The notes: generated by a model not told the origin, from the letters alone. A DNA stretch of 64,000 nucleotides from Candidatus Woesearchaeota archaeon (GCA_041650315.1 JBAZLJ010000002.1:65599-129598), one strand, 5' to 3'. Shown: positions 38,679 to 48,732, counted from the stretch's first letter. A program made the numbers and translations.

Positions 38679-41610
38679 TATTCCAATTTTCTATAAGATT
38701 GATATCATTAGATTCTAGATTATATAATTTGTAAATCTGTGAATTTAATTTATTTTCGAGAACTAATTTTTCTGTAGATTCTTTAGATTTTATAGCCAAT
38801 ATTTCATCTACCAACTTGGAGAATTTCTTTTGATCATTCAAATCAAGTGCAGGGATAGGTATTTTCATTAAATAGATTCCATCTAAATGAATTGTAAGAT
38901 TTGCTGAATTTAATATATATCTATAAAAGAAATAACTAACTACTCTCGAATTTAATATTGCTAAGATATACCTAGGGTCAAATTTTAATTCATCAAAGGA
39001 AACAATCACGCACCCACCCGAAGGCACATTTTTATCAGTATTGATTATAACACCCCTTGGATAAAGAGTTCCAAATTGAGTTATAACTACTAATTGTTTA
39101 TGCTCTAAGTAAGGGTTAGTATTGGTCTTATCTTTTGCAGAATATGCATCATAATCAAGATAAAATCGTTTTATATTCTTACCTCCTAAATAATAATATT
39201 TACCATTAGGTGTAATTTCCTTATCTAAATCAATGCCTCTATCACCATCAAGAATATTTGCTTTAAATTTGCTTATCTTTGAATAAATATCATCATAATA
39301 AAGAATCCAATACCCTTTTTCAACAGCCTCATTTATCGGCAAGAAACAGGTTTTATCTTCTCTCATAGAGTAGCATTTTATTTGATAATTATTTTTAATG
39401 CATTTCTGATAAAATATGATTATCATTTCTAAAGTAACGCCTTGGAATTGACCATATGCATCAGTAATTTCACGCAAAACTGAATTAGATTGGATGAAAT
39501 TTCGGATATAGTAATATCCCTCAGACCTAGAGATTGAATGCGGTACAATCATTGAAAATTGCCCATTTTTAGCTAATAAAAAATAAGTTCTTTCTAGAAA
39601 CATGGTCGCTAGATTGAATTGATTCTTAAATCTAGATTTGGTATTATGTGTTATAGATAAAATCTTGTATATCTCCTTATATTTCTCATTTAAATCATAA
39701 CAGACATAAGGGGGATTTCCAATAACTACATCAAATCCACCATTCAGTATAATATGCCCAAAATCGATTCTCCAATGGAATACTTGAAGCTCTGAAAATT
39801 CTTTATCAGATATTGGGGGATTCTTTCGAATAGCTTTATACTTTGCAGTTTGTTCCTTATGCGCTTTGCCATAATCAATGCCCGCTAATTTAAAATTAAT
39901 ATATTCTAAAAATGAGGGGGTTACTGCATGATAAATCGATTTTCTAATTGTCTCGATAATACTCCTTAGGTTTTCTGCTTTCAAACCATGTGTTTTTCTA
40001 TAAATTTTATACAAAATATAATATGCCTCAATATAATCATTTAATTTATAGGTTTTCAACAATTCTCTTGCTTTTTTAAGATCAGTACCTTCGCTATTTT
40101 CAGAAAAAGCGATTAAACCAGTGAATATCCCATCAACCTTCTCGGTAAGTGGCGTATTCATTGGCATTTGAACTAATTTCTCATCGAGCCAACCTACCAA
40201 ACTATTTCCCACTTTAAGATTATATTCAATATTCGGCAATGCTTTTATTTCATGTTTATTATCTTCATAATCTGAGATTAACCATAGCCAGAGTCTTAAT
40301 TTAGAAATTTCAATTGCACCAGCTAAAAAATCAACGCCATATATATTTTCAGTGATTATATCTAATTTTAATTCATAGAAATTTTTCTTTTCTTTTAATT
40401 CATATAATAGTCTTCTTTTAAGTCCCAATAATACTTCAGATGCTTTAATTAAAAATGCCCCTGAGCCACAGGCGGGATCTATTACTTTGATTTCATCAAG
40501 TATTTTTAGAGCATCTTTCATATCTTTTTTATTTTTGGATTCTATTAATTCCTCAAAAGAATGGAATTTGCCTAGCTTATCAAATAGACATGGAAGTATA
40601 GTATTATTAGAGATATAATCAGTAATAGATTCAGGCGTATAATATACCCCCTTTTTCTTTCTTTCAGTTATCTTTTTGACCGCATTTTCAGCTTCTTTTT
40701 CAAAACCTTCACTTTCCCATTCAACAACGCTTCTTTCATAGACATGACCTAATATTTCTGGAGTTAATATTTTTTCTTCATTCTCCTCTATAGCTTTAAC
40801 ATCTTCAATTATCCAATGGTAACTATTCAAAAATTCAAATATTTCTCCCCATTGTTCAGAATCTAATTTTATATCCAAATCTTGTTCTAACACATCAGGT
40901 CTGAATAAACCACCATTCAAATAAGGCACAACTATCTGATAATCGCCTATTTCAAGTAGGTTCTTCTCTTGAGAATTAAATAGATGGAACAATTTTTTAA
41001 GATTCTGTAAAAAGTTACCCTTTTTTAATAATATCTTAGTAAATAAACTTTCACCAGAAATTTTACCCCCATCATTAAATTTTATAATTCCCTTGTGGCA
41101 TAAGAAATATATAAAGAAAAACCTATCAAATATTTTCTGAGCAATTAGATATTTATGTATTGGTTCAACATCATTTTTTATATTTTGAACAAGAAGATTT
41201 CTTTTAAGCTTAAAAGCTTCATAAAATAATCCCGAGATATCTTTTGATTGGAATAAATAGTCTAAATTAGTGATATTCTTTAGTTTATCTACTTTTGAAG
41301 GATTATTTTTTGTTCGTTCAGAATAAATGAAATGTTTTGTTTCGCCAAAGCTTCTAAAAAATATTAGTTTAGTATCTATGCAGATTATACAATAACTTAA
41401 ACCTCTATCCATTAAGAAATGATCTTTGATCTCTTTAATCTTTTCTTCATCGTATACTTCATATATGACTAAAAGCTTTCGCTTATCTATTCTAAAGAAG
41501 ATTCCTTCTTTGTATTCTTCATCAGAATATTCTTTTTCTTCATTAAACCCTTTTTCTTTTAAGAATTCTATTAATCTTTTCTTTCCACCCAATATCTCTT
41601 GAACTTCCAT
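38662..41610 (-). CDS. gamma-class N6-adenine DNA methyltransferase with N-terminal domain and C-terminal target-recognition domain (Eco57I/PglX/LlaGI-methyltransferase-like)
   Basis: Motif I VIDPACGSGAFL and motif IV GNPPY. 982 aa. Confidence 0.75.
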   Translation of the reverse strand: MEVQEILGGKKRLIEFLKEKGFNEEKEYSDEEYKEGIFFRIDKRKLLVIYEVYDEEKIKEIKDHFLMDRGLSYCIICIDTKLIFFRSFGETKHFIYSERTKNNPSKVDKLKNITNLDYLFQSKDISGLFYEAFKLKRNLLVQNIKNDVEPIHKYLIAQKIFDRFFFIYFLCHKGIIKFNDGGKISGESLFTKILLKKGNFLQNLKKLFHLFNSQEKNLLEIGDYQIVVPYLNGGLFRPDVLEQDLDIKLDSEQWGEIFEFLNSYHWIIEDVKAIEENEEKILTPEILGHVYERSVVEWESEGFEKEAENAVKKITERKKKGVYYTPESITDYISNNTILPCLFDKLGKFHSFEELIESKNKKDMKDALKILDEIKVIDPACGSGAFLIKASEVLLGLKRRLLYELKEKKNFYELKLDIITENIYGVDFLAGAIEISKLRLWLWLISDYEDNKHEIKALPNIEYNLKVGNSLVGWLDEKLVQMPMNTPLTEKVDGIFTGLIAFSENSEGTDLKKARELLKTYKLNDYIEAYYILYKIYRKTHGLKAENLRSIIETIRKSIYHAVTPSFLEYINFKLAGIDYGKAHKEQTAKYKAIRKNPPISDKEFSELQVFHWRIDFGHIILNGGFDVVIGNPPYVCYDLNEKYKEIYKILSITHNTKSRFKNQFNLATMFLERTYFLLAKNGQFSMIVPHSISRSEGYYYIRNFIQSNSVLREITDAYGQFQGVTLEMIIIFYQKCIKNNYQIKCYSMREDKTCFLPINEAVEKGYWILYYDDIYSKISKFKANILDGDRGIDLDKEITPNGKYYYLGGKNIKRFYLDYDAYSAKDKTNTNPYLEHKQLVVITQFGTLYPRGVIINTDKNVPSGGCVIVSFDELKFDPRYILAILNSRVVSYFFYRYILNSANLTIHLDGIYLMKIPIPALDLNDQKKFSKLVDEILAIKSKESTEKLVLENKLNSQIYKLYNLESNDINLIENWNNEQNN

Positions 41611-44600
41611 TTATTTCTCAATAAAGCTAATTGCAAATAATGATTCTTTGTTAGTATTTAACTTTTGCTGAACCCCTAATTTTGTGAAACTATCTTTAAG
41701 TTCATTAATCCATTGTTTAACTTTAGTATTGGTTATTTCTTCTTTTAATTCAACTTTTATTTTTTTAACCACTTTTTCAGTTGTACTCCCGCAATTATGT
41801 CTAGTCAATTCAAGAGTATCTTCTAATTTTGAAATTTCAGAATACAATTCAACAAGTTTTTCAGAAGTAATATAATCTAAAATATTATTTATTAATTTAT
41901 CAACATTATCATTGAAATAATGCATCCTTAGATGTTCTTTTCTTTTATTACTTAAATACTCTTCAAATGAATTAAGTTCGTGTTTAAAAATTCCTTCGAA
42001 ATCAATTCTTCTACTTAGTTCATCAGGATTTTGATTAGACAAAATTTCCTCGTTATATGAATCAGTATTCTTATAGACAATACTTAATCCCTTTTTACCT
42101 TCGAAACTAGTATAATTCTTACCTGAGGGGATATTGACTTTAGTTAGATCTTCCTTCTTAAGATTATACTTTTTAATTGCTTTTTGCAAAAATATTAAGA
42201 TGGGTTTTGAATAATCTAAAGCAATTTCTAAATCTTTAAAATTGCCTTCTCTTAAATTACCCCTTATTTTTTGAAGTACTTCTATGTACATCCTTTTGTC
42301 TTTAGCTCTTCTTTCCGATAAAAGCTCTTTTTCTGCTTCAAACCATATCCTATATTCAACTCCTACAAATCGAATTATATCCTTAATCCTTAATTCCATT
42401 GTTTCAACTAGTTTTAGTTCAATATCTAAATCATCATCCGGTCTAAAATTCAGAATCTCAATTTCTTTTGGAGCATCAAGTCTTGTTGCTCTACCTATTC
42501 TCTGTATTATTCTTACGGGATTATAGGGGATATCAAAATTTATTACTAAATCCGCACCGCTTATATTGAATCCTTCGGAGAGTGTATCTGTAGTTATTAA
42601 TATTCGAAGTTTATCTTTAGATTCATTAAATTTCTCGATGATTGTTTGTTTATTTTCAGTATTAGAATCAACAAATCTTATCTCATCGGGATGAATTGAA
42701 TTTTTAAAGTATTCTTTAATCGCTTTCAATGTATCTTTATATTCGGTAAATATCAGTATCTTTTTACTTTTATTAGAATTGAATACTTGACTTAATTGAT
42801 TTATTTTTTGGTCATTTTTGAATAATACTCCTGATTTTTCCTTTAAGAAGGGCTCTAATTTTTTTATTTGTTCATTTATCTTAGCTACATCAATTTTTAA
42901 TTCATTGAGTATTTTTAGATTACCAGATCCTTTACCTTCTTTGATTTTATCGATTACCTCTGAAAGCTTGTTTTTATAATCTAAATCAAAGTTGATATCT
43001 ATATCATTAAAATCCGAACCAAAATTAACATCAATCTCATCTTCATATTCTTCTTCCTCTAGATATTTAGTGTTTTGTTTCTCAATGGCAGTTAATATCA
43101 TAGTGCTTTTCTTGGATAATCTCTTAAGAGTAAGGTAGTAAGAACTGATATCACTTTCAAATCTTTTATATAATATCCATTTGAAAAACCCGCCTAAACG
43201 GACACCTTTTTCAGGGTCTAATATTCTTAAATGGGCGGCAGATAAGCTTGTGATAAAGTCTACAATCCCATTCACAATGTCTTTGTATCGTAAATCTAGC
43301 TCATATTTTATTTCTTCAATCTCGGGATCCTTTATTTTAGTAATATCAACATTTGAAAATGTCTTTAATTCGTCTATATAATCGGAAGAAGTTTTGATTG
43401 TCTCCCTCGTTGATTTGACAAACATCTCTCGTTCAATTTCTTCCTGTACCTTAGACAGATTCTCTTTTTCAGAATCAGTTAATTCTTCATATTCTTTATT
43501 TTTGAATAAGTTAATCAAATCACCAAGTTCTCTAACCAAAGTATCAAAGAGCAAGTTTTGCCCATGCCTATAGAATAATTTAACCAAATCCAAAAGATTA
43601 TCTAAGCTGGTATTAATTGGTGTTGCAGTTAAGAATAATATCTTAGAATTACCATTTTCATCGATTATCTTCTTTAGATTTCTAGTTCTATAAGCATCAG
43701 GATTCCTATAGTTATGAGCTTCATCGATTATAATTAACCCATAATTCTTTGCATATTTCTCAATTTTAAACATCTCGGGTCTTTTTTGCAAATCCCCCAT
43801 AGAAACCAGATTAACCTTATCATAAATCTCAAATTCTTTCAAATATCTAGGCCATTGGTCTTCATTATGGGCTAAACCCGCTGGAACTAGAATCATTACT
43901 TTTTTATCATTATTCAAGAAATATTTGGCTATTTGAGATGCAACATATGATTTCCCTAATCCTACTGATGAAGTTAAGAAACAACCCCTATACCCCTTAC
44001 TATTAAAATTATTTAACACCCTAATGAAATCTACATATTGGAATCGAAGTAATTTTGATTTTTTAAATTCCTCAAATAAATAATCAGCGTTTAGATACTT
44101 AATCAAAATCTTCAAAAATTCTTTCGGTTCAATATACATGAATGTATTTTCTAATTCTTCTTTAAACTTTGAATTTTCAATTGCCTCTACAATTGCATCA
44201 GCAACCTTCAGTTTTTCAAAATCTTCTGTTCCTTTCTTCCAAAGACTTTCAAACCATAATTCAACATCTTCTAAATCCTTAGGTTCAGTAATAATGGTGT
44301 TCAGCTCAGTATTTCCGATTAACCCACTAGGAGTCAAATTAGAAGAACCAATTACTCCCGCATTATACTTTTGAGATAAATTCGATGTGGAAATATCCTT
44401 TAAAAAAAGATATGCTTTACTATGCAATCTTTCAGGATTTTTTTCATCACCAAAATAAACCCTTACTTTAAGTGTCTTATATTCTTTGATTAATTGATAA
44501 AATAATTTTATCGCAGGTTTAGTTTGTTCATTTATTTGAAGTTCATTAAATTTCTCTTTGAAAGCTTTGATCAGCATATCTTTAGTAGGCTTTGTAGTTT

Positions 44601-44808
44601 CATAACCCATTAAAATCTTAATTTCTTTAAGATCTTTAAGAGAATTAATAATCTCAACTAAACCTTCAATATAGAAATAACCTACTGCACATTTGAAACC
44701 TTCTGAATCTTGAGCAATAGTTTTGAGAACTTCCTTCATATTAAGAGGATTTACTTGTTTATTATCAATTATTTTCCCATATCTTAATAGATTCTCAAAA
44801 TCAGTCAT
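41611..44808 (-). CDS. fusion of PLD-family (Nuc/BfiI-like) nuclease domain and SNF2/SF2 helicase
   Basis: N-terminal HKD-type motif LHSKAYLF...GSSNLT. Helicase motifs I GLGKS, II IIIDEAHN, III LTATP, VI QRIGRATR. 1065 aa. Confidence 0.7.
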   Translation of the reverse strand: MTDFENLLRYGKIIDNKQVNPLNMKEVLKTIAQDSEGFKCAVGYFYIEGLVEIINSLKDLKEIKILMGYETTKPTKDMLIKAFKEKFNELQINEQTKPAIKLFYQLIKEYKTLKVRVYFGDEKNPERLHSKAYLFLKDISTSNLSQKYNAGVIGSSNLTPSGLIGNTELNTIITEPKDLEDVELWFESLWKKGTEDFEKLKVADAIVEAIENSKFKEELENTFMYIEPKEFLKILIKYLNADYLFEEFKKSKLLRFQYVDFIRVLNNFNSKGYRGCFLTSSVGLGKSYVASQIAKYFLNNDKKVMILVPAGLAHNEDQWPRYLKEFEIYDKVNLVSMGDLQKRPEMFKIEKYAKNYGLIIIDEAHNYRNPDAYRTRNLKKIIDENGNSKILFLTATPINTSLDNLLDLVKLFYRHGQNLLFDTLVRELGDLINLFKNKEYEELTDSEKENLSKVQEEIEREMFVKSTRETIKTSSDYIDELKTFSNVDITKIKDPEIEEIKYELDLRYKDIVNGIVDFITSLSAAHLRILDPEKGVRLGGFFKWILYKRFESDISSYYLTLKRLSKKSTMILTAIEKQNTKYLEEEEYEDEIDVNFGSDFNDIDINFDLDYKNKLSEVIDKIKEGKGSGNLKILNELKIDVAKINEQIKKLEPFLKEKSGVLFKNDQKINQLSQVFNSNKSKKILIFTEYKDTLKAIKEYFKNSIHPDEIRFVDSNTENKQTIIEKFNESKDKLRILITTDTLSEGFNISGADLVINFDIPYNPVRIIQRIGRATRLDAPKEIEILNFRPDDDLDIELKLVETMELRIKDIIRFVGVEYRIWFEAEKELLSERRAKDKRMYIEVLQKIRGNLREGNFKDLEIALDYSKPILIFLQKAIKKYNLKKEDLTKVNIPSGKNYTSFEGKKGLSIVYKNTDSYNEEILSNQNPDELSRRIDFEGIFKHELNSFEEYLSNKRKEHLRMHYFNDNVDKLINNILDYITSEKLVELYSEISKLEDTLELTRHNCGSTTEKVVKKIKVELKEEITNTKVKQWINELKDSFTKLGVQQKLNTNKESLFAISFIEK

Positions 44809-44885
44809 TTTTAGTCATCAAAATATTATTTATGGTTTACTCTTATATAGCCTCAAAGATTTTTTGAATATATAAACCTTTATTT

Positions 44886-45314
44886 TTAAAACTCATCCTT
44901 TAATCTTTTAATCAGTTCCGCCCAATCCTTATACTCCACAACCTCATCCGCAGCAGCCTTCAGGAATGCGGATTCTTTGCCTGATTCGCACATAGCGACA
45001 ACACGAAGCCCTAATGCCTTGGCATAGCCCATCTCGAAATAGACACCATTGGCTTTCTCAGTGATATCCGCTAAAATCATATCGCAATCTTTAAGTCCCG
45101 CAGTAGCTCCTTCAATCACTTCAGGAAGCGAAGTCTGGACTGCGCCCCACTTCTGCACATCCCTAAAGAAGATGAATGTAGAGTGTCCAGCAGATTCTAA
45201 AGCATCGCTAAGCTCAGTCAATTTCTTCTTCAATATTGTAGTATCCGCATCCTTAAACTTGTACGCTATGTAGATTTTCATTCTTTTGACCTCCATAAAA
45301 TCGTTTATATGCAT
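44886..45314 (-). CDS. nucleoside 2-deoxyribosyltransferase-like (SLOG-fold) protein
   Basis: MKIYIAYKF... and GVYFEMGYAKALGLRVV resemble the NDT active-site region (catalytic Glu in F-E-x-G-Y-A). Confidence 0.45.
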   Translation of the reverse strand: MHINDFMEVKRMKIYIAYKFKDADTTILKKKLTELSDALESAGHSTFIFFRDVQKWGAVQTSLPEVIEGATAGLKDCDMILADITEKANGVYFEMGYAKALGLRVVAMCESGKESAFLKAAADEVVEYKDWAELIKRLKDEF

Positions 45315-46578
45315 TCTGCACTAATCTGACCAATTCAGGCAATTCTATATCAGATAAGCTTGCTTTATTGCTCAATTGGTATTTGATGAACCTATACAAC
45401 TCTTTCTCAGTCTCTGGTATAGTATCGTGTATATGTGAATATCTGTCTAACTCCTTATATCCCTTGGCATTAAGCTCATTGTATAAAGGTGTGCCTGGGA
45501 AAGCTCTGATGACTGAAAAGCAGACTATGTCTGGCTTGATCTCTTCAGCGAACTGCAATGTCTCCTCGATTTCCTGCAAAGTCTCTGTAGGCATACCGAA
45601 CATGAAATAAGCCTTTGTCCTGATTCCATACTTCCTGCAAACTGCGATAGCCTTGCGAGAATCTTCAAGAGTAATGCCCTTATTCATCAATTTCAAAACC
45701 CTAGAACTTCCTGACTCCAAACCGAAAGAAATCTTGTAACAGCCATTTTTAGCCATCAAATCAATTGTATTTTCATTGAACCTAGCGATAACATCTGCCC
45801 TAGACAGAATCCTCCATTTCACAACCAATTTGCGCCTATTCAACTCATGGATGAATGTAAGCACTCTTTCTTCAGTATGCGCAAAATTGTTATCTATGAA
45901 ATGGAAGTCATGAATCCCGCTAGAGACAATATGCTCAATCTCATCGACAATATTCTTGATACTGCGTTCCCGCACAACAGAGCCGGTCGGTTTGGAAGCT
46001 GAACAAAATACGCAGTTATATGGGCAACCACGTGAGCCCAGAATGACCGCAGAATATTTTTCATTAACAAATAAACTTCTATCAATGAAAGGTAAAGAAT
46101 CCAATTCCATAATCAAATGCCTATCAGGGTTATGCACTATCCCAGAATCCGAAAGATAGCTTACGCCATCGACATCTCTGCCATGTGCGATAAGTTCTTT
46201 CAAAGTATCTTCGCCTTCGCCACGGACAAGAGCATACGCATTGGTTTCACGCAATACTTTTTCAGGGAATAAAGTGGCATGAATCCCACCAACAATGATT
46301 TTGATATCATCAAGTTCAGCAATAATTCCTTTAATCAGTTCGTAAGTCGGACTGAGTATAGTGAAACAAGCATAATCAGGCTTGAACGATTTAACTGAAG
46401 AAACAATCTCCGCTGGAGACAAGCCTAAAGCTTCGCCATCAATTAATTTGATAGTATGCCCCGCATTCTGTAATATAGTCGCCATGTACCCTAGACCGAT
46501 TGGCGGCACTGTGTCGTATTCTTTTTTCTTATCTAACGCATAGTCTCTCAATGGAGAGCTCACAAAGACAATTCTCAT
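45253..46578 (-). CDS. B12-binding-domain radical SAM enzyme
   Basis: N-terminal cobalamin-binding-like Rossmann domain plus CPYNCVFC (Cx3Cx2C). Confidence 0.7.
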   Translation of the reverse strand: MRIVFVSSPLRDYALDKKKEYDTVPPIGLGYMATILQNAGHTIKLIDGEALGLSPAEIVSSVKSFKPDYACFTILSPTYELIKGIIAELDDIKIIVGGIHATLFPEKVLRETNAYALVRGEGEDTLKELIAHGRDVDGVSYLSDSGIVHNPDRHLIMELDSLPFIDRSLFVNEKYSAVILGSRGCPYNCVFCSASKPTGSVVRERSIKNIVDEIEHIVSSGIHDFHFIDNNFAHTEERVLTFIHELNRRKLVVKWRILSRADVIARFNENTIDLMAKNGCYKISFGLESGSSRVLKLMNKGITLEDSRKAIAVCRKYGIRTKAYFMFGMPTETLQEIEETLQFAEEIKPDIVCFSVIRAFPGTPLYNELNAKGYKELDRYSHIHDTIPETEKELYRFIKYQLSNKASLSDIELPELVRLVQNAYKRFYGGQKNENLHSVQV

Positions 46579-46580
46579 TT

Positions 46581-47720
46581 CTAGACCCCCATATTCTTTA
46601 AGTCTATCACGATATTGTCTACCAACCTCTTTGGTTTTCTATCACCCGCTATCAGTTTTTGATTTCTTAGATAATTCAGATAAGTGGAGACTGTGCTTAG
46701 ATTCAAGCCAGTCTTCTGTGCGATATTCAAGCTAGTATTCTCGCCATCGCAATTCTGTAGAATTTTGAGCTTCAAGGTGTTCAATGGCTTGATGTGCTGC
46801 TCAAACCTCTCTGCGCCCCCTATGAACATAGTTTTAGTCTTATCCTTGACATTCTCTTCCTGCACGTATTTGTTGATTACAGCGAAATAACGCATGAAAT
46901 TGTCAGTTATGACTGGGAACAAATTAGTCGAGTTTACTTTATCCAATAATTGATCTTTGGTAAATATTTCTTCGTTATAAGAAAATTTGTCGTTCAGAGC
47001 AGTATCAAGCACATCAAGCAAATGCTCGATTTCCAGCTTCGATGGTTTCTTCTCGCTATAATGCCCTTCGATAATCTTCAAGATATGCGTTCTAGACATT
47101 TCCATTGATGGAATCAAGCCAGTAGTCGGATGGATTATTACGGGGATCTTGGTAACATAGATGACTTTTGGCGGAGTGAATTTCACATAGCTTTGCTCTA
47201 GGACTTCTGAGATTATATTATAGAATACTTTGAATCTTTCAGATGTCAGATAATGCGTAGGCGGAGCACTGCATAATTCAGGGAATAGTTCAGGCATAGC
47301 CATAGCAATGAGATAATCTGCGATGATGTAACTCAGTTTTGAGATAGAAATCTTGTCAAATGGAATATAATCCAGTTCAAAGCCTTTCTTGAGATCCCCA
47401 ATAGTTATTCGGGACAATATTTTCTGGAATACCGCCGAATATTCAGAATTCCTGAATAGCCTGTCCCACGCCTCAGAGAAAGTAAATGTGTTATAGTCCA
47501 TCTTGAGATGAGACATCAATTTCTTCAGAACATCTACATTCTCATCCAGCTTCTGCGGTTTATTCTTTACTCCATGGAAAAGCTCGTTTTCATATACATA
47601 ATTGTCCCAGACGCAAAGATAGACCTTATTGGCTCTAGCTTCATTCTTCAAATAATAGACATGATTCAGATTAGTGTAAGCTTTGGTTACTGGACTGATG
47701 TTAGTATAGACGATGTTCAT
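46581..47720 (-). CDS. hypothetical protein with C-terminal winged-helix DNA-binding domain
   Basis: C-terminal LSTVSTYLNYLRNQKLI helix-turn-helix. N-terminal 300 aa unknown. Confidence 0.4.
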   Translation of the reverse strand: MNIVYTNISPVTKAYTNLNHVYYLKNEARANKVYLCVWDNYVYENELFHGVKNKPQKLDENVDVLKKLMSHLKMDYNTFTFSEAWDRLFRNSEYSAVFQKILSRITIGDLKKGFELDYIPFDKISISKLSYIIADYLIAMAMPELFPELCSAPPTHYLTSERFKVFYNIISEVLEQSYVKFTPPKVIYVTKIPVIIHPTTGLIPSMEMSRTHILKIIEGHYSEKKPSKLEIEHLLDVLDTALNDKFSYNEEIFTKDQLLDKVNSTNLFPVITDNFMRYFAVINKYVQEENVKDKTKTMFIGGAERFEQHIKPLNTLKLKILQNCDGENTSLNIAQKTGLNLSTVSTYLNYLRNQKLIAGDRKPKRLVDNIVIDLKNMGV

Positions 47721-48340
47721 TTCAGCAAGTCCTCCAGATGCTCCGGCTGAACGTGCTTTGTATCCATGCCCGCCAAAGCAGCACCAGATAAATCTCTATC
47801 AAAATCATGCGAAACATAGACAGACTTCTCGGGCTTTACATTAGCTCTTCTTAATGCTTCAAGATAGATTGCTGGATGCGGTTTCCTGTATCCTACTTCG
47901 TAGGACATCGTGATAGTCTGGAATAAATCCTGGAGGTTATATTGTTTTAACTTCGGCATTATAGAATCGTGCGGGCAATCTGAAATTATATGCAAAGGAT
48001 ATTTTCCTGCAAGAGCTCTTAATACTTGTTCAGTTTGCGGAAATATCTCGTAATCATGGTCATTCAAGCGATAGATATCAGTCAATGCGTCTGTCAGCTT
48101 ATCATCTAAGCCATACGCTTGCTTCACTATTCTTGGCAAAGGCCATTCTATGCTATGCTTTCTATCTTTCACATAAAGCTTGATTGCTTGCGTCCATTGA
48201 TCTCGTAGTTGCTCGTTAGTATAGCTTAAACCTTCTTGTCGTAAATATTGCTGAGCCATAGCATGAGCTCTATCAGAAGTCTGTTGATTGAATGTTATAT
48301 CGAATAGCAATCCCCCAAAATCGAAAAACCAATCTGCCAT
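47717..48340 (-). CDS. HAD-superfamily hydrolase (phosphatase-like)
   Basis: Motif I FDFGGLLFD, a Lys motif (KPHP) and motif IV YVSHDFDRD. Confidence 0.55.
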   Translation of the reverse strand: MADWFFDFGGLLFDITFNQQTSDRAHAMAQQYLRQEGLSYTNEQLRDQWTQAIKLYVKDRKHSIEWPLPRIVKQAYGLDDKLTDALTDIYRLNDHDYEIFPQTEQVLRALAGKYPLHIISDCPHDSIMPKLKQYNLQDLFQTITMSYEVGYRKPHPAIYLEALRRANVKPEKSVYVSHDFDRDLSGAALAGMDTKHVQPEHLEDLLK

Positions 48341-48458
48341 TATACTGCCTGAAATTCCGTGAGGGTTTATAAAGATTTTGATGAATTCGTGAACAATGCT
48401 TTAATATAATCGTGAAGTAGTTTTGATAACGTGAGGTGGTAGCCGAAGAGGTTAACAT

Positions 48459-48494
48459 TATTTATAAATGCACTGACCCACCGGGGTCCGTGCA
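48459..48494. promoter_or_regulatory. perfect 10-bp inverted repeat ataaatgcac-N16-gtgcatttat with a GC-rich centre, upstream of the HAD/radical-SAM operon
   Basis: Seen directly; candidate operator or hairpin. Confidence 0.35.
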
Positions 48495-48525
48495 TTTATA
48501 TAGAATTATAGTAAAGGTTATCACT

Positions 48526-48732
48526 ATGTTAGATTATACCGGATTGGGTTGGAAAGTAAAATTAAGACAGAAACGAGCGAGTTATTTCTGTACATTGGCT
48601 AAAGAGATTATTGTGGGCAATACCCTGAAGCAAGGCGATGAGCTTTACTATTATCTTGTGAATGTTGAGGGAAGGAAGGGGGTACTGGTGTACTTGGATG
48701 GGAAAGAGAGAATCAATCTTAATAGTAAATAA
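48526..48732 (+). CDS. small AbrB/MazE-like (swapped-hairpin) protein candidate
   Basis: LAKEIIVGNTLKQGDELYYYLVNVEGRKGVLVYL resembles the AbrB/SpoVT pattern. Confidence 0.3.
   Translation: MLDYTGLGWKVKLRQKRASYFCTLAKEIIVGNTLKQGDELYYYLVNVEGRKGVLVYLDGKERINLNSK

Noticed and set aside
37531-44808. Calling the methyltransferase/helicase operon DISARM or BREX
   Set aside because: No DrmA/DrmB (DUF1998) large helicase pair and no PglZ phosphatase or BrxC ATPase are present. Only a PLD-SNF2 fusion plus a gamma-class methyltransferase are there, so a split Type ISP-like or new arrangement fits better.
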